This document shows, in pieces, positions 54,936 to 64,000 of a DNA stretch of 64,000 nucleotides. A program made the translations under genes and the position numbers. Under the pieces are notes generated by a model. The model had not been told where the DNA came from and did no database searches. It worked only from the letters and a program-made list of their open reading frames with translations. The stretch is from Eledone cirrhosa (lineage: Eukaryota): positions 42,470,001-42,534,000 of the forward strand of contig OZ024741.1 of assembly GCA_964016885.1 (NCBI GenBank), in the 5' to 3' direction. Every line of letters starts with the position of its first letter. Position 1 is the stretch's first letter.

Positions 54936-55311
54936 TTCCTTTGTCAGTGTTGAACAAACGAGCAACGATGGTTGCTAGACACTACGGCTTAATACGGGAT
55001 GTGTGTTTATAAACACACCGAGCATTATAATAAATGTTCCGTGAATCCATACGTACATATATATATATGTGCATGTATGTATATATATATATACATACTA
55101 CTGTATGTCTGTATACATATATGTATGTACGTGTACGTACTTACATTTAAGTAACAGCCGTACTAAGAGTGGAAAATGAAATTTCGTTTCTTTTTTTCCG
55201 TTTATATATATATATATATATATAGGTAAGTTATTCCGGGTTGAATCGGAGGTAACCACAGTAGTAATGTACTCAATACATAGCAGAGTTTAAAAGTTTT
55301 AATATAGATGA

Positions 55312-55360
55312 GATTCTACAGGACTAGTACTGTTTCACTCTTTAGAAATCATCAGGAATC
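55312..55360 (-). ncRNA. Type I hammerhead ribozyme in the left arm of a 111-bp palindrome
   Basis: GATTC-CTGATGA-TTTCTAAAGAGT-GAA-ACAG TACTAGTC CTGT-A-GAATC; mirror copy 55362-55410 (+) has CTGATTA. Confidence 0.72.
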
Positions 55361-55410
55361 TGATTCCTGATTATTTCTAAAGAATGAAACAGTTCTAGTC
55401 CTGTAGAATC

Positions 55411-55529
<119 letters not shown>

Positions 55530-55589
55530 TGTATGTAGAGTATATTTGATAAAGATACTGTATGTGTATGTATATACACACACACACAT

Positions 55590-55634
<45 letters not shown>

Positions 55635-55646
<12 letters not shown>

Positions 55647-56490
55647 GAGAAGAAAGAAGAATACTGCGTGGTCGCACATGGGTTCCATATGATAAAAATA
55701 GTCCGTCGTCAGTGATTTTCCAACTACCATTGGTATTTCATCGCATTAAAAATCATATACCTCAGGTTGGTGCGAGCATTAACTAAAAATAGTTATTGGG
55801 ACCAGTAATTCGCGTAAAACGAGGGCGACAAGTAAACAACATAGAAGGATAAAAGCAAACCAAAGATAGGAAAATAAACAAGCAAGATGGTTGTCCGGTC
55901 AGCATAAACTGGGTGGATTTCATGAGCGAGAGAGGTACAGGCCGTCCTATGTGAGTGAGATATAAGCAAGAAGAGACCCACTACAAGCCAAACGGGAGGA
56001 AGTGAGAAGGGGAGAAACAGAGAGTAAGTGAGTGGAAGTGTGAGAAAGAGGTCAGTCGAGAGAAAGTGTAACTGACAGAGGGGGCGAAAGAAGGTGAGAG
56101 AAAAAGAGAGATAGCGGGGAAGCAGTAAGAGAGAAACAGACAAACGCAGCCGAGGTAAATATATATATAAAAAACATGAGAAGAAAGAAGAATACTGCGT
56201 GGCACATGGATTACATATGATAAAAATAGTACTTCGTCAGTGATTTTCCAACCATCATTGGTATTTCATCGCATTAAAAATCATATACCTCAGGTTGGTG
56301 CGAGCAATAACTAAAAAAGTTATTGGGACCAGTAATTCGCGTAAAGCGAGGGGGACAAGTAAACAACATAGAAGGATAAAAGCAAACCAAAGATATGAAA
56401 ATAAACAAGCAACATGGTTGTCCGGTCAGCATAAATTGGGTGGATTTCATGAGCGAGAGAGGTACAGACCGTCCGATGTGAGTGAGATAT
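55635..56490. repeat. Direct duplication (~325 bp; 55635-55962 and 56165-56490)
   Basis: AAAACATGAGAAGAAAGAAGAATACTGCGTGG...GTGAGTGAGATATA occurs twice. Confidence 0.9.
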
Positions 56491-56704
56491 ATATATATAT
56501 GCTCTATTAGACCTATGTAAGTGTAATTCTACAGAAATATGTATTCTTGCAAAGTCTTAGTAAAATCTTGAATAATAAATGACTAAATTCAATTTTCATG
56601 TCGAAAATATAAATTATGACAATTGCTGAAAAGAAATGGTTTGTTCACGTGACATATTATATAATTTCAATGTGCGTGATTTCTCTATTTGAATGTTATA
56701 TATA

Positions 56705-56890
56705 ATAATAATTGTTTCTACTTTTGGCACAAGGCCAGCAATTACCCAGTACATTACTGGTACTTTATTTTATCGGCCCCGTAAGGATGAAAGGCAAAGT
56801 TAACCTCGACGCGATTTGAACTCAGAATAGCAAGGGGCGTAACTCTATGCGTCAAAGCATAGTGTCCGACCCTCTACCGATACTGCCAAT
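56705..56890 (-). mobile_element. tRNA-derived SINE
   Basis: A and B boxes, core and (ATT) tail. Confidence 0.87.
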
Positions 56891-57033
56891 AATAATATAT
56901 ATACATATATATACATACATATATATATATATGTATATATATTTATATATATAATCATATATAATGCATTAAATATGGACAGCGTACATCAAATTAAAAA
57001 TATATTAAGCCACAAATATAAAATAGACTCCAC

Positions 57034-60000
57034 GTGAAAGTAGAGAAAACCTTGGTTATAACGAAAATATATAAAAAAAATATCCGAATATCCAGTCAGC
57101 ACAGTCCCAGCAACTACAACAGTCTTGCCAACAATAGGGCAGATGTATCCGGTACAACAAGCATAATAACAGCAAATATCCAGGGTCTTTATCCGAAAAC
57201 AAAACAGTGTAAAGTCCCTTTCTTGGAAGAATTAGCAACAGAAAACAACTCCAAAATAATTGGAATTACTGAAAGTCATCTCAACGAAAACATCCGCAAC
57301 AGCGAAATCTCAATCAATGGATTCAACATCTTCAGATGTGATAGACAAGGCAGATCTCATGGGGGCGTTATCATGTATATCCATGATACCTATGCATGCA
57401 TAGAACTTGTCAATGAATCAAATGCCTACTGCAACCTGCTGTGCATAAAAATCATCCAACTTAATACAGTTGTAACAATAATGTACAGACCGCCAAACAG
57501 CCCAACATTATCCTTCACTGAGCCACTGACAAAGCTCCAACAAATTCTGGGAAACATGGCGAGTCCAATGCCAGACATTATCCTCCTTGGTGACTTCAAC
57601 TTCCCTAACATCATCTGGCCACATGAACACATACTAAAACTGGGGGCAAAAGCTGAACAAATACAGGCAGCCAAACTGTTGGAAGTCACAGAGAAATTAT
57701 ACCTCAAACAAATGATGACAGAAGCAACTAGAAATAATAATACGATCGACTTGGTTTTCACCAACAACGAGGACACGCTATTTGACCTTCACTCAACCCC
57801 AACAATCCTTTCAGACCACAATATTATTGAAATGCATTTACACATTGGTAATGAGCCCAATGCCACAACTCTTAAACAAAAGGACATGCCAAAGCTATGC
57901 AGGTATGATTATCACCAGGCAAATTGGGAAACTATTAACAACCAGTTACAAATCATTGACTGGGATCTCTACCTTACTGGGCCAGATAAACACAAGAAAT
58001 TCTTAAACAAGATCGAAGAAATATGTGCAAAAAATATTCCTCTTAAGAAAACCAAATCCACAAAAAAACTTGTACCACGGGAGCGAAAGATCCTGATGCG
58101 CAAAAGGTCAAGACTAAGAAACAAAACATCTAAGCTGACATCAAAACATGAACTACAGAAAGTCCTTGACCAAATATACAGATTAGAAGACAATCTAAAA
58201 CAACACTATGATGAAGAACGTAACAATGCAGAAAAGAGAGCCATAGAAAACATCAAGAAAAATCCAAAATGTTTCTACAGTTTTGCAAAGAAATACTCGA
58301 ATACCAAGTCAACAATAGGACCTCTCCAGAGACAAAATGGGGATGTAGTGAATAACCCTATTGAACTGGCAGAAATGTTGGGTCAACAGTATGAAAGTGT
58401 CTTCAGTGAGCCATCTAAAACCATGAAGATCCATGACCCAGGAGAATTCTTCAAGGATATCGACCATACTAAACCTACCCTATCCGACATTGATTTCAAC
58501 CCAGAAGACATAGAAAGAGCCATAGACAAGCTCTCCATGCACTCGGCTGCGGGGCCTGATGGTTTCAATGCCATGATACTTAAAAACTGCAAGGTACAAT
58601 TGTTGAAACCCCTTTACATGATATGGAAGGAATCTATGGAGAATGGCAAAATACCAAATACATATAAAGAAGCACACATAACTCCAATACATAAAGGGGA
58701 CAGCAAATCAAAACCAAAGAACTACCGACCAATCTCACTGACATCACACATTATCAAGGTCTTCGAAAGAATAGTTCGTGGAAAACTGGTTGAGTTGCTG
58801 GAATCCAAAAATCTGATGAATTGCAACCAGCATGGATTCAGGTTAGCTAGATCATGTCTTTTCCAACTACTGGCACACCATGACCAAATCCTAGAAAATC
58901 TAGAGAATGGATACAACACAGATTTTATTTACCTCGACTTTGCCAAGGCATTTGACAAGGTAGATCATGGCATCCTGGGACGCAAACTTCGAAAGCTAGG
59001 AGTAGGAGGAAAAGTTGGTACATGGATACATGAGTTCCTTACAAATAGAACTCAAACAGTAACTGTGAATGGAACCCATTCAACACCATCACCTGTGACC
59101 AGCAGTGTTCCTCAGGGTACAGTACTCGGCCCGATCCTGTTTCTCATCCTCATCTCTGACATAGATGAAGATACAACCAGCAACGTCTCATCCTTTGCTG
59201 ATGACACCAGGGTCATGAGACAAATCAAAGACGAGGTGGATACAGAGGCCTTACAAAAGGACCTGACCACCATATACAAATGGCAGGAAACAAACAACAT
59301 GTTGTTCAATGATAAGAAGTTTGAACTAATTCGCTACGGAACAGATCAAGATCTGAAAAATACAACAAACTACAGAAACCCATCAGGACAACAAATAATG
59401 GAAAAACAGTGTGTGAAAGATTTAGGCATCCACATGGGAACCAGCCTAAAATTGAGAGAACACCTTCACTCAGTCTGTCTTACTGCAAGAAAGTACAGCG
59501 GGTGGATCTTGCACACCTTCAAATCAAGTGATACCTCAACAATGAAAACCCTCTGGAACAGTATGATACTTCCGAGGATTGACTACTGTTCTCAGCTGTG
59601 CTCACCAACAACAAAGGGCCAACTATCTAAGATGGAATCGCTCCAAAGAAATTTTACCTCATACTTCTCAGAAACGAGGGACCTGGACTATTGGCAAAGA
59701 CTCAAAACCTTGAAGATGTACTCAATAGAAAGAAGATTTGAGCGATACCGAATTATATACATTTGGAAAATGATAGAGCAAAAGGTGCCAAACTTTGGTA
59801 TCAAAACCTACCACTCACTGCGCCACGGAAGACGCTGCCAGCTACCACCAATCAACAAAAAGGCTGGCCAGGCAGCAAAAACCCTGCGAGAGTCAAGTCT
59901 GTTGGTTAGAGGGGCACAACTATTCAACTCCATTCCGGTACATGTCAGAAATCTATCAGGATGCAGTGTGTAATCATTCAAATTGCAGCTGGATAGATAC

Positions 60001-60153
60001 TTAAGCACCATTAGAGATGAACCCCATCTCCCAGGATATACACAACGAGCACAAACTGACTCAAACTCGCTCCTACACATGTCAAAATTAAACAGAGAAT
60101 ACAACCTGGCAACCACACCAGACTCTGAGGGTGGAGTCTTCGACTTGGCCTGA
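57034..60153 (+). pseudogene. LINE ORF2 (endonuclease + RT), 979 open codons then a single TAA at 59971-59973; frame continues to TGA at 60153
   Basis: After the stop the frame reads SFKLQLDRYLSTIRDEPHLPGY, matching FKKSLDEFLQEIPAKPPTPGY in the related copy. Confidence 0.85.
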
Positions 60154-60190
60154 GCATGGACTCAAACTCAAATGAAATGAAATGAAATGG
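57034..60190 (+). mobile_element. CR1-group LINE with nearly intact APE-RT ORF and (AAATG)n tail; ORF1 absent (5'-truncated)
   Basis: ANIQGL, ITESHL, YRPP, GDFN, IDLVF, SDHN; GPDG, NYRPISLTS, QHGFR, DFAKAFD, PQGTVLGP, FADDT; tail at 60170-60189. Confidence 0.93.
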
Positions 60191-60934
60191 AACTTAAAAC
60201 CGAACTTGATATTTCTAAAGTTTTCAGGAAGAAATAATTATTATTTGACGGAACAAAATATTCATTGTATATGTTTGACATTTTTCCTGATTTTCGTACG
60301 CAAAGATCAGCTTTCACAAATATACTAGTTGATGCTCAATAAATATTTTTATATAACATAATATAACTACATATCTTTATATATACAGTTCATGACTGAG
60401 ACTGTGAGTATGTGTATATAAAGAATCACATGCAATATATAAAGTAACCAATAAGCAGAGTCGTTAGAATGTGGGACAGAATAATATGATGTATTTGTTA
60501 CGCCGAGGGCAACTTTGTCGTTTTTTTTCGAGGGCGTTAGAAAAAGTACTACTCCTGTATGGGAGTCGATTCTTCCTCTATTCTTACAATTTCTTATTCC
60601 CTCTCTTTCTTCGTTTGGAAAAAAGTCGGCTGTGTTTTGACCTCCCCACCCTAATAACCCCATCAGAGACTACGGGTCAATACATACATGCAATATATAT
60701 ATATATATATAAAACAAAGAAGATGTGGTAAGATACCCGGTGGACCATAACGCACCAAAGTACTGGATACTTGGGGTAGTAGAGCGGTTAATATAAACAG
60801 AGTCAGGACCCCGACGGTTGAGCGCCGGCCGTTTCGACATCCAGATCCGTTCGGATCCGTTTAGATGTAGCTGTCGAAACGGCCGGAACTCAGCCGTCGG
60901 GGTCCTGACTCGTTTCATATATATATACATATAT

Positions 60935-60978
<44 letters not shown>

Positions 60979-61627
60979 GTATACATATATATATTCAAAA
61001 CATGGGGAAGCGCACAGGGCAAAGATAAAGGAAAACAATGGAAAATCAGACAGTTCCATCTTCTCAGTCCACCTCTGGAAATCACTACTGTTTCGGTGTT
61101 TTAGATTGATACTATCTATCGGTCTCAGCTCCTATCAGAAAAAAGCAACGTGAAATAAAGTTTCTTGCTCAAGGACACAATGTTCGAGAATTGAACTTGC
61201 AACCTCATGATTGTGAATCCAGCTCTCTAGATACTAAGCCACGCGCCTTCCATGAAATAAGTACGTGTTGTAGAGAAAATGGAAATGTGTGTTAGTTGAT
61301 ATTCCTTCCGTGTTGCTTTTAGTTTTGGTTGATTCCATTTACTTTTATATTTGTTTATGAGTCTATGTATATATTTAGATATTTAAAGCTGGTAATTACT
61401 AGTATCATCTATGTGTAAAGTATGACAAGCCCCCCCCCCCTCCTCAATAAAAAAACATATCTTGTTTACTTTTTAAAATCTAAAAGAATGAAAAACACAC
61501 TACGGCCATAACTCAAAACTCAGTATGTATATAACTCAGTATGTACCATGCTTTCACTAAGGATTTTTCTTACTCATGTCTTCACGAGACAAACCTTTTC
61601 CATCTGCACTCATTTCATTTAGACATG

Positions 61628-61812
61628 GTTGATGGCGGTGGTGGGTAAGTTGCTGCACCAGGACTGGAGTTGTGCTTACGTTATTACGTAAGGTTTTAGT
61701 TCATATACCGCCGAGATTAACTTTGCCTTTCATCCTTGCGGTGTCGATAAATAGAGTACCAGTAATGAAATGATTTAATTGCTGGCCTTGTGCCAAAAGT
61801 AGGAACAAGTAT
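61628..61812 (+). mobile_element. Diverged tRNA-derived SINE
   Basis: Core ACTTTGCCTTTCATCC..GTCGATAAA..GTACCAGT. Confidence 0.75.
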
Positions 61813-62574
61813 ATGATATCTTCTAAAAAAGCAAACTCTGTAACCACTCAGCTTTACCTATTACACACATTCGGCAACATAATTCATCAAATATTAATAA
61901 ATCCAGTTTTCTGTGCGATAAAGAACGTATATAAGACATTAATATAAAAATAAAGAAGCGAAACTTCTGTCATATTTTTCAGCTAATAGAAATTAAATTG
62001 GAATATATAAAGCTCAACTTAATATATGTTAACCATTGGGAATAAGTAACAGATAGTATGACAAATTTATCTGCAAGATATTGTGCATAAGAGCTACCTC
62101 AGAAGAGATTTATATTATACGCTTACCGCCGTGGAATATAAGCTAAGATCTGGACCTTATGAGTCTCTGGTGGTTCTGCTAGACATAAATTAGAATCTTT
62201 TAAGAGAATAGAGTTATGATTTATTGTATGTCTTGTTAGGGCTGTGGTATCCAAAGGAGCAAACCAACGAACGCTATGGTGGACACAGACACCCCCCCCC
62301 CACACTCTCTCTCGCACACACACTCACACACACACATACACAGTCTCTCTCTCTCTCTCTTACATACACTCTATCTCTCTCTCTCTCTCACACGCACACA
62401 CTCTCTCTATCTCACACACACTCACACACACTCTCTCTCACTCACACACTCTGTCTCTCACACACACACTCTCTCTCACACACTCTCTCTCATATACACA
62501 CACTCTCTCTCTCACACACACACACTCTCTCTCTCTCACACACATACACAGACACACACATATATATACTTGCA

Positions 62575-63190
62575 TATTCTTCTGTGACCCTCAACAATGT
62601 CAAACTGTGTGAACTTCGCTTTTTTGGATTTGAAGGAGTTAAACCACTTAATTACGGAGTCGCTGTTCTCCCACTGGGGCAGGTTGGACTTGGTCCTAAT
62701 GGTCTTAACTATGTTTCTAAGTATGGCCTCACTGACTAGTCCCATATCTGTGCGTGCAGGGTTTATTAGTCTACATGTGGGGTTAGAAGTAAAGTCTACC
62801 TTGTGATCTTTCAGGGTGAGGAACGCCTCCCACTTAGCTAGAGATTGTAGCTTCTTATCTACCTTAAAGTCGGCGGCAAGTTCCTTGGCTTCTGTATTAA
62901 TGTCGTGGTAGGCCATAGGGTTAGCTTTCTCATATTTGGAAGTAATAGCGTTATGGACCAAGTGGCGGTAAGTGGTGTTGTTGACTTCGTAAATATTATT
63001 AGTTTTGTCGGAAAGAACGAAAGTGTTATTAGGAGACATAAATTTCTTAATATCGTTTCTAAGTTTAGTTTGAAATATGTTAGGGTGTTTGCGAAAGGAA
63101 ATGTTAGCGACTAAGTCAAGAAGGTCCGTCTCGAAAGGAGCAAGTTCAGTTACCTTAGGAGGGTAGGCTCTCGATTTCAGGTTGAATGTG
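62575..63190 (-). mobile_element. Penelope-like element RT N-terminal fragment
   Basis: SDKTNNIY..AFLTLKDHKVDF..CRLINPARTDMG..QWENSDSVIKWF..QFDIVE. Confidence 0.85.
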
Positions 63191-63192
63191 TT

Positions 63193-63660
63193 ATGGCTGC
63201 CTGTAATTTTGCCCCATCAGAGTGCTGTTGCCGTAAGCCCGAAGCTTGTCCCCTTCAACAGCAATGCAACACACCCGCTGTAGTTTATGAAGCTCTGGCC
63301 ACTTCCCACCGACCAAATCAAAAACAGGAGGTCAAATCCTATGTGGGTATGGCGGAGGGCCGATTTCAGGAACGCTTCCTGAACCACCAGTCGACCTCTA
63401 GGTACCCGGATAGACGTTCATCCACGAAACTCGCGAGCCACGTCTGGTCCCTCAAGGACTCAGGTATAGACTACTCCATTCAATGGAAAGCCATCACTAA
63501 GTCCAAGCCATACGCAAGGGGCCATCCGTCGTGTGGACTATGTATTGATGAACGAATAAATATTCTAAAGAGATTACGCAATAGTGATTGCCTAAACACT
63601 AGAATGAATTATTCACACGTTGTCCACATGTCTCGAAACACCTCGTACATAACTACAAAG
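63193..63660 (+). mobile_element. Penelope-like element GIY-YIG endonuclease fragment
   Basis: CCCRKPEACPLQQQC..VVYEA..YVGMAEGRFQERFLNH..TKLASHVWSLKD..YSIQW..CGLCIDE..LN. Confidence 0.88.
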
Positions 63661-64000
63661 CTCCGGATTGAATTACAACAACATCCTAATTTTCTTATCA
63701 ACTAGAAACCTTCGGACTTTCGCAGTTATCTCCCTTACACCTCTCGCACGCAATTTAGTATTGCCTGTGTGAAGTGATCGTTTCTGCGCATGCGTGTTCG
63801 TACGGTTGTCCTTCCTGTTCCGTATAACCATGTCCATTACGAGCCGAGGATCCGCTAAGGTGAAACAATTGTTCTCGGTATGGTGAACTAACTGTTGTGT
63901 AACCACTTCTACATAACTCGTCCCATGGACTGAGTGCTCTACCACTACGGATATTACCTTCCAGTGTTCTACCACTATATATATATATATATATATATAT

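Overview
Eukaryotic, AT-rich, microsatellite-dense, repeat-dominated DNA with one 200-N gap (10463-10662). I recognise no host protein-coding gene. The SINE and microsatellite style resembles a cephalopod (octopod) genome, which is an inference only. Contents: (1) a Tx1/L1-clade LINE family inserted in (ATT)n, with a near full-length copy (3376-9443), a 3' half (517-3375) and a 5' half on the opposite strand (27228-30143); (2) CR1-group, RTE, CRE and R4/Dong-like LINE pieces; (3) many decayed Penelope-like elements (RT + GIY-YIG) in (TA)n tracts, with about 15 intact, degenerate or partial hammerhead ribozyme motifs and repeated fold-back palindromes; (4) a non-autonomous Helitron; (5) about 17 tRNA-derived SINE copies; (6) five intron-containing tRNA-Ile(TAT) copies; (7) a 4.15-kb near-perfect palindrome; (8) minisatellites. 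Most notable: a conserved 52/53-nt GT-AG segment whose splicing would fuse Tx1 ORF1 to ORF2 in frame; hammerheads with palindromic (dimer-type) stem III, one pair showing covariation; two complementary Tx1 halves implying a ~27-kb inversion; and the tRNA-Ile(TAT) cluster. All alignments were done by eye, so boundaries are approximate unless a junction sequence is quoted.
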